Origin: an uncultured Cohaesibacter sp.
GTDB taxonomy: Bacteria > Pseudomonadota > Alphaproteobacteria > Rhizobiales > Cohaesibacteraceae
Direction of reading: 5' to 3'
Assembly: GCA_963676275.1 (NCBI GenBank)
Contig: OY781091.1
Location: 658,775 to 722,774 of the forward strand
DNA: 64,000 nucleotides
Positions within the stretch are counted from its first letter, which is position 1. Each line of letters starts with the position of its first letter. A program made the translations under genes and the position numbers. Below are positions 10,151 through 21,733 of this stretch, piece after piece. The notes beneath the pieces were generated by a model, which was not told the origin of the DNA, ran no database searches, and saw nothing but the letters and a program-made list of their open reading frames with translations.

Positions 10151-11248
10151 TCAGGCTGCCAGATGCTGCTCGAAGAAGGATTGCAGCTTGTCGAACGGGA
10201 TGACGTCCACCTTGTCATAAAGATCGGTGTGGTTGGCACCGGGAATGATCATCAGTTCCTTGGGCTCGGCTGCATTGGCATAGGCCGTTTCGCTGAAATA
10301 GCGCGAATGGGCCTTCTCTCCATGGATGAACAGGACCGGCCGCGGCGCGATCTCGGCAATATAGGTCAGGATCGGCATATTCATGAAAGACAGCGGCGTT
10401 GTGAGACTCCATGACCCATTCGAGTTGATCGATCGCGCATGGAAACCGCGCGGCTTTTTGTAATAGTCGGCATAGTCCACCACGAACTGAGGTTCGCCGC
10501 CCTTCAGCTCAAGCGACACCGGACCATAGGCCGGGCTACCATTTTCTGCATCCTGCCAGCGCTGCTGCCCCAGACCTGCAAGCGCCTGCGTGCGCTGCTC
10601 AAGGGTCACGCTGTCATTATAGCCCTTCGACATCAGGCGGGTCATGTCATACATGGTGCTTGCCACCACCGCCTTGACGCGCTTGTCAACGGCAACGGCA
10701 TTGAGCGCCATACCGCCCCAGCCGCAAATGCCAATGACGCCGATCCGCTCCCTGTCGACCATCGGCTGCAATCCAATGCAATCAACAGCGGCGCTGAAAT
10801 CTTCCGTATTGATGTCCGGAGAGGCGATGTTGCGCGGCTCTCCGCCGCTTTCCCCGGTATAGGAGGGGTCGAAGGCGAGGGTAACAAATCCGCGTTCCGC
10901 CATGGTCTGGGCATAAAGGCCGGAAGATTGTTCCTTGACCGCACCGAACGGGCCACTGACGACAATCGCTGCCAGCTTTTCCGCTGTCCGGTTTTTCGGA
11001 ACATAGAGATCACCCACCAGCGTGATACCGTAACGGTTCTTGAAGCTGACTTTCTGATGATCCACTTTTTCGCTTTGGGTAAATGTCTTGTCCCAATCCT
11101 TGGTCATAGTCTGCGCCTTTGCATCTGATATGTTGAAGATCGAGGACGCACCAAGAATAGCAACGCTTGCTCCGGCAAATTTCAGCAAGTCACGTCTTTC
11201 TGCATTTGCCGGTTTATCGGAATTCGGATTCTGATTATCTTTCGTCAT
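10151..11248 (-). CDS. alpha/beta hydrolase (dienelactone-hydrolase-like) with twin-arginine leader
   Basis: ERRDLLK Tat-like motif; GICGWGG nucleophile elbow; PFGAVKEQSSG and HTDLYD motifs. Confidence 0.82.
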   Translation of the reverse strand: MTKDNQNPNSDKPANAERRDLLKFAGASVAILGASSIFNISDAKAQTMTKDWDKTFTQSEKVDHQKVSFKNRYGITLVGDLYVPKNRTAEKLAAIVVSGPFGAVKEQSSGLYAQTMAERGFVTLAFDPSYTGESGGEPRNIASPDINTEDFSAAVDCIGLQPMVDRERIGVIGICGWGGMALNAVAVDKRVKAVVASTMYDMTRLMSKGYNDSVTLEQRTQALAGLGQQRWQDAENGSPAYGPVSLELKGGEPQFVVDYADYYKKPRGFHARSINSNGSWSLTTPLSFMNMPILTYIAEIAPRPVLFIHGEKAHSRYFSETAYANAAEPKELMIIPGANHTDLYDKVDVIPFDKLQSFFEQHLAA

Positions 11249-11499
11249 CGGCAGCCTCCTGGGCCTGTTACTCGATCATCCAACTGTTGAATTTCTGATG
11301 ATACGAATATGGGCGCTGGCAGGAGGGACGGTAGGGTGTGATTCTTGCTTGCAGTCATGAATGCACTTCATGAATGAGCATCAAGGCATGAATGTATGGT
11401 CCGGCCATCAATGGGGCGTCGGCGCAGCGGCTTTGCCAAATCCGCCGAGACCGGAATTGCACCGGAATTCTGCCCGAAGCTTTACAATGAGGCAGAAAG

Positions 11500-12591
11500 T
11501 CAGCCCTCAAGAATAAGGGCAGAGCCTATTCCGCCAGCCGCAGCGATCGCACAGAGAGCCTTGCCGGGATGTCGGCGCAATTCATGAAAGACCCTGCATA
11601 GAAGGATCGCCCCCGAAGCGCCGATCGGATGGCCGCGCGCAAGGGCACCGCCTGAGAGATTGGTCTTCTCGAAGGGAAGATCACACAAGCGATTGCAGGC
11701 AATCGCCTGAACGGAAAAAGCCTCCATCATCTCGATCAGCGACAGATCATCCGGCCTGATCCCGGCTTGGGCAAGAACCCGCTTGATTGCAGGGACGGGA
11801 GCCAGAGGCGGCTTGGTCGGATCAGCTCCGGCTGAATGCTGCGCCACTATTCTGGCCGCAAAATCCGTGTCAATTCCGATCCTGTCCGAAACGATCAGGC
11901 AGAAGGCCGCGCCATCGGCTTCCGGGGCCGTGGATGCGACGCTGATCGAGCCGGATAGAGCCTTGGTGCGGCGAGCAAGCGCCGGTGACAATCGTCTCGG
12001 GAAGGCATCATTGACGACCCCCGATATAGGGACGATCTCCTCTTGCAGCCATTCTCTGGCCACCATTGCCTTATGGTGGCTGCTGATTGCGAAAGCATCC
12101 TGCTCCTCGCGATCAATGCCGAGCAAGGTGGCAACATCATCAGCCGCCTTGACCATCTCCGGATCGCGATCTGGGAAAGGGCTAAATGGCGGTCGGCTAT
12201 AGAAGTCGGTGGTTCCGTCCGCCCTGTTCCATGCCCGCAAGGGGCGCTGCGAGAAGCTTTCGCTGCCGCCGGCAATCACCACATCCGCAAAGCCTGCATC
12301 AACATGGGCAATGGCCAGCGCCATGGCATCAAGCCCGCCCGCGCATTGTGCGTCGATGCTGATGCCCGAGATATGGTCAAGCCCTGCGGCCAGTGCCGTC
12401 ATGCGCGCCGGATTGCCGCCACCCCCCAAGGCATTTGCCAGAAAGATCTGATCAAGCCTGCCCGGCTCAAGACCGGCATCCTGCATCAGTTTTTGCACCA
12501 CTGGAGCCGCAAGGTCATGTGGGAAAAGCGCACCAAAGGCACCGTTTCTGGGAACGACAGCGGTGCGTTTTGCTCCGATAATCAGCGCCAT
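11500..12591 (-). CDS. thiolase-family protein (YhfS-like; second catalytic Cys absent)
   Basis: QCAGG, MEAF and GALARGHPIGASG motifs; C-terminal LCAIAAAGGIG in place of CIGGG. Confidence 0.85.
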   Translation of the reverse strand: MALIIGAKRTAVVPRNGAFGALFPHDLAAPVVQKLMQDAGLEPGRLDQIFLANALGGGGNPARMTALAAGLDHISGISIDAQCAGGLDAMALAIAHVDAGFADVVIAGGSESFSQRPLRAWNRADGTTDFYSRPPFSPFPDRDPEMVKAADDVATLLGIDREEQDAFAISSHHKAMVAREWLQEEIVPISGVVNDAFPRRLSPALARRTKALSGSISVASTAPEADGAAFCLIVSDRIGIDTDFAARIVAQHSAGADPTKPPLAPVPAIKRVLAQAGIRPDDLSLIEMMEAFSVQAIACNRLCDLPFEKTNLSGGALARGHPIGASGAILLCRVFHELRRHPGKALCAIAAAGGIGSALILEG

Positions 12592-13742
12592 GGGTGATCC
12601 TTCTGCAACTGTTTCAGGTCCGGTTTGCCCGAAGGCAAAAGCGCGAAATTCTCAACCATGACAATATGGCGGGGGATCATCACCGCACCGAGCGTTTCAA
12701 GGATCTCATGCCGCAGCGCCGCTTCATCAAGGGCGGTATCGCCAGCTTCAATATAGGCTGCCATGAAATGACCCCGCAGCTTGTCAGGGACGGTCATGAC
12801 CGCCGAGAGTCGTGTGGGGAGCCTTGAAGCAAGAAATGTTTCGAGCGCTTCGGGATGCACATTCTGATCGGCAATCGTCACCATCCGGTCGCGCCGCCCT
12901 TTGAGGAACAGGTTGCCCAGCTTGTCCAGATAGCCGGTCTCGCCAACCGTGACAAATTCCCCGTCACGCTCAAAGGAGCTGCTGTTGCCCTGCGCGTAAC
13001 CGTCAAAAATATAGGGGCTCTTGATCCAAATCTCACCGCTGCCATCATCGGCATTGCGAATCTCCAGCGTAACGCCGGGATAGCTGCGCCCGACGGACCC
13101 GGCCGGAGTTTGCCGGTCTGCCAGCGTGATGAAGCTTGTCTCCGAAGCGCCATAGAAAACCCGCAGATCGGCATTCGGGAATAGGATCGCGATCTGGTCT
13201 CTGGTTGCCGGATCAAGAGCCCCACCACCGCAGAGCACCAACCGGACCGTTTCCACCGGCTCGCCCTTGAGCATGCGCAACTGGGTCGGGGTGGCATAGA
13301 GAATGGTGATTCCATGCCCGACCAACTGGGACATTTGCGATTTCGGCCACAAACCGTGCAGCATATGGATGCCGAGGCCGCAGTAGAGCGCCTCTAGAAA
13401 TCCGTAAAGCGCAAGGGAATGGCTGATCGTGCCGAAAACCGCGACCCGATCCTGCGGTTGATAGGAAAAGATCTTCTGATTGATGGCAAAGCTGGAGAGC
13501 CAGGATTGCCAGCTGCGCCGAATGATCTTGGCCGGGCCGGAACTGCCAGAGGTGCAGCATTCAAGAATTTGCTGGCCGGCAATGTCCTGAATGAAAGGGG
13601 CATCCGGTTGCACCCGGAAGCTCTTGCCGCAAAGAAAATGATCCACCAGTCTGCCAAGAGCGTTGGCGGTCTCATCGGCACTTTGCGATGCGATAACGTC
13701 ACTGAGCAACCGATCACCGAGAAAGATTTCAGGCCTCATCAT
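12582..13742 (-). CDS. short AMP-binding/acyl-CoA ligase (YhfT-like)
   Basis: TSGSSGPAK, YGASETS, GRRDRM and LPSGK adenylation motifs; overlaps both neighbours. Confidence 0.82.
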   Translation of the reverse strand: MMRPEIFLGDRLLSDVIASQSADETANALGRLVDHFLCGKSFRVQPDAPFIQDIAGQQILECCTSGSSGPAKIIRRSWQSWLSSFAINQKIFSYQPQDRVAVFGTISHSLALYGFLEALYCGLGIHMLHGLWPKSQMSQLVGHGITILYATPTQLRMLKGEPVETVRLVLCGGGALDPATRDQIAILFPNADLRVFYGASETSFITLADRQTPAGSVGRSYPGVTLEIRNADDGSGEIWIKSPYIFDGYAQGNSSSFERDGEFVTVGETGYLDKLGNLFLKGRRDRMVTIADQNVHPEALETFLASRLPTRLSAVMTVPDKLRGHFMAAYIEAGDTALDEAALRHEILETLGAVMIPRHIVMVENFALLPSGKPDLKQLQKDHPWR

Positions 13743-14428
13743 GCTTCACCATCCCTGCCGAAGCCGTGAAATTCGCAATAGTCCTCGATCTCTGCCCGTT
13801 GCGTTCTGAAGCGGTTGACCGGATCTGAAATATTGGGCTTTCCAAGGGCAATGCCGCAGACAACCAATTCGTCCTCTGGCAGGCCGAGATGGTGATGAAC
13901 CGTGCGGCCGTGGTTGGCAATGGCACCAATGGCACAGCTGCCATAGCCCATGCTTTGGGCCTTGAGCATGAGCGCCATGATCGTCATGCCCAGATCCATG
14001 AAGCAACCCGAGCCAAGCTCTTTGCGCAGCGTTACGACGATGCCGACCGGCGCGTGAAAGAAATGGTAATTCCTCGAAAATTGTGCGCGTCTGCCAGCGA
14101 TGTCGCGTCGCTCAATGCCCAGCGCACTATAGAGAGCATAACCAGCGGCCTGTTGCCTGCGCTTCAGCTCGGCGGGCATTTTTTGCGGAAAATAGCTATA
14201 TTCAAGCGGTTCAACCGGCTCATCGGCAACCCGAGCCAGACTGTCGCAAAGCTGCTTCAAGGGATCTCCGGTCAGGACAATGAAGCGGCCGGGCTGCAGA
14301 TTGGCGCTGCTCGGGGCCTGCCTTGCGGCGCGTAAAATGGACCTCAGATCTTCGATGGGGGGAACTTCGTCAAGGAAGGATCGGCAAGAATGTCGATCCT
14401 GCAACAGAGATTGAATTGAGGATTTCAT
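13739..14428 (-). CDS. nitroreductase-family flavoprotein
   Basis: RHSCRSF, APSSANLQP and GYGSC motifs; 4-bp overlap with the ligase gene. Confidence 0.88.
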   Translation of the reverse strand: MKSSIQSLLQDRHSCRSFLDEVPPIEDLRSILRAARQAPSSANLQPGRFIVLTGDPLKQLCDSLARVADEPVEPLEYSYFPQKMPAELKRRQQAAGYALYSALGIERRDIAGRRAQFSRNYHFFHAPVGIVVTLRKELGSGCFMDLGMTIMALMLKAQSMGYGSCAIGAIANHGRTVHHHLGLPEDELVVCGIALGKPNISDPVNRFRTQRAEIEDYCEFHGFGRDGEA

Positions 14429-14444
14429 GTCGCTTGTCTAGGTG

Positions 14445-14462
14445 AACCTATGAAAATAGGTT
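14445..14462. promoter_or_regulatory. candidate operator upstream of the nitroreductase operon
   Basis: AACCTA-tgaaaa-TAGGTT inverted repeat 17 nt upstream of the ATG at 14428. Confidence 0.4.
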
Positions 14463-14655
14463 GTGCAGGATGGCGGCACTGATTGCCGCCTGATTGGTAC
14501 TTTTTCGTAACGCCGCAGCGCTTCAAAAGCAACCTCAATCTCATGGCCGCAATGAAAGCAGCTCAACAGGCGCGATCTGTTGGCGGCTGCCAGCCATGTC
14601 ATGTCCGATACCTCTGCGCGAATGGCCACCGCATCCGAGCGGCCACAGGATAGGC

Positions 14656-14692
14656 AAAAAGAGGCCGCCCGACAGAGGTCGGGCGGCCTTTC
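14656..14692 (-). terminator. rho-independent terminator of the galactoside operon
   Basis: 12-bp stem AGGCCGCCCGAC-agag-GTCGGGCGGCCT followed by a T run on the minus strand. Confidence 0.75.
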
Positions 14693-14721
14693 TCGATAGT
14701 CGGTCGGGCATGCTGTCAGGC

Positions 14722-16664
14722 TCAGCTTTTCCAGATGGCGAAATCCTGCGCTTTCAATATCCTGCTGCCGATCACCGGCTCTGCATCTTGAGGCAAGTGC
14801 CACTCGTCCGGACCATAATTGAAGGCATAGACACAGGAGCCATGACGGCGCAGGCGCACATGGTCAGGCAGCTTTATGGTCTCAAGTCCGGCTTTTTCTG
14901 TCACATGGGACATAACCTCGTTCAGCAGGGCTTCATCCGGCCAGCAGGCAAGATAATACTGCCCGTTCTTCTCGGTAAGGGCCGGATCGCCATTGGCAAA
15001 GCGGGCCAGAATGGTGGCGTTTGTCTCGACATATTCCCGCCAGCGCACGGCCGCGCCGGACGTCTCTCCGGATACCGGATCGCTGAGGCCCGGTCGCAAT
15101 GAAGAACTCTGGATGATGCGATTGCCCGTCAGTTGCTGCAAGGGGCCGGGGGGCAGGGCGTCGGCAATTTTCAGATGGAGATCCTTCGAACCGCTGCGCG
15201 GACCATAGAGCACCTTGCCGGTTGCCTTGGACAGGGCTGCCAGCATTTCCGGCTTCACATTGATGAGGCAGGGGACCAGCACCAGCGCATAGCCCTCAAG
15301 GGAAGCGCCGGGAGGGACGAAATCAACATCCAGCCCAAGCCGTCGAACCGCTTCATACCAGCGAAAGGCCAGCTCTTCATAGCGGAAATCCTGTCCCTGT
15401 GGCTGAATGACCGTGGCCCAGTGGCTGTGATAATCAAACAGCAGGGCAACCGGTGCCTTGGCGACGCTGGAAATGTCGCCAACCGCTTGCCGCAGGCTGT
15501 CGATGTCCCTTGCCACCTGCGCCGCCTCTTGCCCGCCGGGGGAGAGGCTGTCCGATTGCGGCAGATTGAGACCGGCGTGATTCTGTTCTTGCGCAAAATG
15601 CGCCTGCCGCCAGCGAAAATAGCTCACCAGCTCGGCCCCGTGCGCCAGCGCTTCCATGGTCCACAGACGCACCATGCCGGGTTTCGGGACCGGGTTCCAT
15701 GGCGCCCAGTTCACCGGACCGGGCTGCTGCTCCATGATCAGGAAACGCCCACGGCCAACCGCGCGATAAAGATCATGATGGAAGGGCGCGATATCCGGAT
15801 GGGATGTCTCCGCCCAGCGCACGCGCTCCTCTTGGCTGAAGGGAAATTTCTCGACAAAGCCGATGGGGTAGCTGTCCCAGCTTGCGATATCAAGATTTTC
15901 AGCCAGCTTGAAATGGTCGAAATCGCTGACGAACCCCATGAAATTATGCGTGATCCAGCGATCGGGAGAATATTGCCTGATGATCTCGCATTGCATCTGG
16001 TCATAGCGCGCCACCTGATCGGAGGAGAAGCGCCAGAAATCGAGGCGCGCTGCCGGATTGGGCTCGGTTACCGTGCCGTTGGGCAAAACGACGTCCTCGA
16101 AATCATTGAGTTCCATCGACCAGAAGACAGCCCCCCATGCCTCGTTGAGCTGCTCGGCGGACTGATAGTGAAAGCGCAGCCAATCCTTGTAGGCGCGCAG
16201 ATCTTCCGCCCCCCATGACAGCGTGGTGTCATGGCAGCCATATTCATTGTCGGTCTGCCAGCCCACAAGGCCGGGATGGGTGCCATATCTTTGCGCAAGG
16301 ATCTCGACGATCCGTCGGCTCTCGCGCCAGTAATCGGAGGAAGAAAAGCTGTAATGTCGGCGTGAGCCGAAGCCCCTTGTGCGCCCATTCTCATCAACGG
16401 CAGCAATGGCGGGATATTCATCCATCAGCCATTTGGGCGGCGTCGCAGTGGGGGTGCCCAGAATGATCTTCAATCCGGCCTGATGGAGAATATCCATGGC
16501 TTCGTCAAGCCACTCGAAGTGGAAATCGTCCCGCTTCGGCTCGATGCGGGACCATGCAAATTCACCGATGCGGACATAGTCGATCCCCAGTTCCTTCATC
16601 CGCAGGGCATCCCGGTGCCACCAGCTTTTCGGCCAATGTTCGGGATAGTAGCAAACACCCAGTT

Positions 16665-16668
<4 letters not shown>
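14722..16668 (-). CDS. beta-galactosidase, GH42
   Basis: LGVCYYPEHW, IGEFAW, GTPTATPP, WQTDNEYGC and MEQQPG motifs. Confidence 0.93.
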
Positions 16669-17754
<1,086 letters not shown>

Positions 17755-17762
<8 letters not shown>

Positions 17763-19893
17763 TGATGGAACCTCCCTTGACTTGTTCAATTTCGAGCATG
17801 ACCGCGCTTTCCGGCTGTTGCATCGGCAGCGGCAGGCCCGTTCGGGCCAGATCGGCAAGCGAGAACAGGATGTCGCCTGCCAGCAGTTTCTTTTGGGCCT
17901 CGGAAATGCGCAGGAACGCCGGATAGGCCGGATGGACAGCGCTAATGCGCCATTGCCCGTCCTGAGCGGTGATCCTCTCGGGCAGCAAGATGGGAGCGGG
18001 TTGCTCTGCCATCATTTGCGGCCCCTGCGCGACAAAAAGCGCGATGCGGCTTTCATCGCCAGCACCCCATATATAGCGCCCGTCCAGCGGCGGATGCTGG
18101 AAACTGGCCCCCGGTTTGTGCAGCAGTCCCCTCAGGCGCTTGTAGGTCGCGATATAGTGGGCCAGTTCCTGCCCCTCTTCGCGGCTGAGGGCCTGCGGGT
18201 TCAACTCGATGCCAAAATGATAGGCCATGGCCACCAGCGCCCTAAAGGCGAGGCTATGTCTGCGTCCGGTCTGATGGTTGGGACTGGCCGAGACATGGGC
18301 TCCAATCAGTTCGGGCGGCAGCAACTGCGATATGCCATGCTGGATGTCCAGTCGATCCAGAGCATCCGTACAATCCGAGGCCCAGACCCGATGGGTGCGG
18401 GCCAAAACGCCAAAATCGACCCGTCCGCCGCCAGAGGCGCAGCTCTCTATTTCAACGCCGGGATGCGCAGACCTGACCCTGTCCATCAGGGCATAGACTG
18501 CCCTTGTCTGGGTGGATGTTACTGCATGGCCATCGACCCCGCCCACATGGGTGAGGTCTCGATTCATGTCCCACTTGATATAGGAAATATCATGGCTTGA
18601 GAGGACCGCGTCGATCTTCTCGAACAGATAGTCGCAGACCTCTTTCCGGCTCAGGTCAAGCGCCAGCTGGTTGCGCGAAAGCAACAGGGGCCGCCCTTCC
18701 ACCTGCAAGGCCCAGTCGGGACGGGCCTTGAACAGTGCGGAGACGGGATTGACCATTTCCGGCTCGAACCAGATGCCGAATTGCATGCCAAGCCCTGTGA
18801 CATGCTCCACCAGAGGCGTCAGACCGTCGGGATATTTGCGCGGATCGATATCCCAGTCGCCAAGGCTCGTGGTGTCATCGTCCCGCTTGCCGAACCATCC
18901 GTCATCCAGCACGAACCGTTCGATGCCCAGCTTGGCGGCGGCGCTTGCCTGATCCTTGAGATCTGTGAGGCGGTGATCGAAATAATTCCCTTCCCAGGTG
19001 TTCAGCGTCACCGGCCTCGGTTTCATTTTCCCTTCCGGCCAGCGGAGAAGCTCTTCGCGCAGGAAGGCATGCAGGGCAGCGGTATCCGCTCCGGCATAGA
19101 GGGGCGGGCTTTGATAGCTCTGCCCGGGCTTGAGGATCACCTCGCCCGGTTCAAACAATTCTCCCGCATGGACAAGGCGGCGGCCGTCATCAAGCTTGTC
19201 GATGACGATCTGATGATTGCCGCTCCAGCCAAGCGAGACGGCGAATTTCGATCTGTCATGGTCAATGAACAGGGTCGGCACACAATCATGGGAGGTCCGC
19301 CCGCGGCGGCTCTGCCTTAGCCACATGCCTTCGCCAAGCGGCTCGCTGAAGGCGTGGAACTCGCGCCCCCACATGCCGCGATAGCCGCGAACCGACACAT
19401 CGCCCGCCGCAATGAGCAGGGAGCCTGCCATGCAGCGTTCAAGGCAATAGTCGCCATCGCCTTCATTGCCAAGACTGCTGGCGATGCTGATCACGCCAGA
19501 CGCAAAGGCCTCCAGCGTGATGGTAAGGCCCATATGCGCGACAGCATCTCGGGCCTTAAGCTTGGTTTGATGCCCATCCTCCTCGACTTGCCAGTCGGAA
19601 AATTGCAGGACGAAATCCCGCCCCATGCGATGGCCTGCGATGGCGGGCCAGCCGAAAAAGCCCATACCGCCGAGCGGCAGCAGAACCGCACCGGAAACGG
19701 CGACATCCATCCCGTTGGTCCGGCTGGCGCGCTCTATGTCGCCAAGGATACAGACTCCTTGCCCATGCGGGGGCGGGGTGGAGAGGCCTTTGGCAGGCTC
19801 GCTGTCAAAGGCAATGATTTCCGGCATGCCCACCTGTGGCAGCCGCAGGGTGAGGGCAAGGGCACCCTTGCCAATCGTGACAAGTCTGCTCAT
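17755..19893 (-). CDS. alpha-galactosidase, GH36
   Basis: NTWEG, FVLDDGWFG, FGIWFEPEM, YIKWDMNR, ESCASGGGR and WASDCTD motifs; start at 19893 overlaps the permease stop. Confidence 0.93.
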
Positions 19894-20741
19894 CCCTTGG
19901 TCGCTCCCAGTGTTAGGCCAGCGATGAAATGCCGCTGCATCAGAAAAAACATGGTCACTGGCGGCAGCGCGGCGAGAATGGAGGCGGCAGCGATCAGTTC
20001 CCAGGCCGCTTTCCACTGTCCCTTGAGTTCGTTCATGCCCGCCGTTACCGGCCGCACGTCAGCGGATTGCGCCATCACCGTAGCCCAGAAATAGTCGTTC
20101 CAGATGAAGGTGAAGACCAGCACCGATAGCGCCGCCAGCGCCGGACGCATCAGCGGCATCACCACATGGAGGAATATCTTCCATTCAGAGACCCCTTCCA
20201 CCCTTGCGCTCTCGATCAGGGCATAGGGCAGCCCCTTGATGAAGTTGCGCATGAACAGGGTGCAGAAGCCGGTCTGGAAGGCGACATGGAACATCACCAG
20301 TCCGGTGGTGGTATTGTAAAGGCCCATCTGTTGCGTCAGATCCCGCACCGGAATGGCAAGGATCTGGAAGGGCACGAAATTGCCTGCCACGAACATGAAG
20401 AAGACCAGCAGATTGCCCTTGAAGCGATAGACCGCGAGGGCATAGCCGGACAGGCTTGCCAGAGCGACCGCGCCGATGACGGTGGGAATGGTGATCTTGA
20501 AGGAATTGAGGATATAATAGCCGATATTGCTGCGTTCAAACACCGCAGTGTAATTCTCGATCCCGGCAAAGCTGGAGGGCATGCCGAAATAATTGCCCGC
20601 AGCCAGATCTGAGGCGGGGCGGATCGATGTGACGGCAATGCCGATCAGTGGCAGAAGCCAGATCAGCAGCGCGATGGGCAGCATGATCTTGTAGCTGGTC
20701 TGAACCCAGGGCGACATCTGTTGAATGGGTTTTGGAAACAT
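19890..20741 (-). CDS. carbohydrate ABC transporter permease
   Basis: Six hydrophobic segments; ESARVEG EAA loop; FTFIWNDY. Confidence 0.93.
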   Translation of the reverse strand: MFPKPIQQMSPWVQTSYKIMLPIALLIWLLPLIGIAVTSIRPASDLAAGNYFGMPSSFAGIENYTAVFERSNIGYYILNSFKITIPTVIGAVALASLSGYALAVYRFKGNLLVFFMFVAGNFVPFQILAIPVRDLTQQMGLYNTTTGLVMFHVAFQTGFCTLFMRNFIKGLPYALIESARVEGVSEWKIFLHVVMPLMRPALAALSVLVFTFIWNDYFWATVMAQSADVRPVTAGMNELKGQWKAAWELIAAASILAALPPVTMFFLMQRHFIAGLTLGATKG

Positions 20742-21637
20742 CAGCCATTCCTCTCCTGGCTCAGCATGCGGACAATGAAGATCGAGATGAAGACGAGCAT
20801 GATCGCGAACAGGACCACGGCAATGGCCGCGCCATATCCCATCGAATAGCCATATTCTGACAGCGCCTGCTCATACATGAAATAGGACAAGACGCGGGTC
20901 GAGCCGAAGGGGCCGCCCACCGTCATGATCGAAATCAGGTCGAAGGAGCGCAACGCACCGATCACCGTCACCACGATGGACATGAAGGTGGCCGGGCGCA
21001 ATTGCGGCAGGATCACATGCCAGAGCATCGACCAGCCCTTGGCATTGTCCATGCGGGCCGCTTCCACCTGCTCGGGATTGATATTGTTGAGCCCCGTCAG
21101 ATAGAGGATCATGCAATAGGCGATCTGCGGCCATAGACCGGCGGCAATCACCCCGAAGGTGGCATAGCGTTCATCGGCCAGAATGGCGATTTCCTCGCCC
21201 GAAAACAGCCCCAGAATCTTGGGCAATAGCCCGAAGTCGGGCGCATAGAACCATGTGAAAATAAGGCCTACCACCACCTGACTGATGACAAAGGGGAAAA
21301 AGAAGAGCGACTTGTAGAGCCGGATCCCCATGACCGTCTGATTGAGAAACAGGGCGATGCCCAAACCGGCTGGAACGGCCAGCAGATAAAGGATCAGCCA
21401 GATCAGGTTGTTCCAGAGCGATGTATAGAAGGAATCGTCGTCCAGCAGATCGACATAATTTTCCAGCCCGATCCAGGTCATCGCCCCCAGACCATCCCAG
21501 TCATAAAAGGAAATGCGGATCGACTGGAAGATGGGCCAGATCACATAGATCAGGAACATGAGAATGCCCGGTGCCAGAAACAGCCAGGGCGCCCATTTGA
21601 ATTGACTTTTTTTGCTCGATTTTGCTCGACCTGCCAT
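20741..21637 (-). CDS. carbohydrate ABC transporter permease
   Basis: WLFLAPG and EAARMDNAKG motifs; start placed at MAGRAK. Confidence 0.92.
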   Translation of the reverse strand: MAGRAKSSKKSQFKWAPWLFLAPGILMFLIYVIWPIFQSIRISFYDWDGLGAMTWIGLENYVDLLDDDSFYTSLWNNLIWLILYLLAVPAGLGIALFLNQTVMGIRLYKSLFFFPFVISQVVVGLIFTWFYAPDFGLLPKILGLFSGEEIAILADERYATFGVIAAGLWPQIAYCMILYLTGLNNINPEQVEAARMDNAKGWSMLWHVILPQLRPATFMSIVVTVIGALRSFDLISIMTVGGPFGSTRVLSYFMYEQALSEYGYSMGYGAAIAVVLFAIMLVFISIFIVRMLSQERNG

Positions 21638-21733
21638 AACAAGCCACTCTCTCTGGAATAATGGGAGAAATGCTGCACGGCATGTCGGGCGGATTGACCC
21701 GCCCGACATGCATTTTCTGTTTGTCAAAAGCCT

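Noticed and set aside
11396-11587. Short ORF with RSGFAKSAETGIA, a possible LysR HTH remnant
   Set aside because: The resemblance is too weak and the ORF runs antisense into the thiolase gene.
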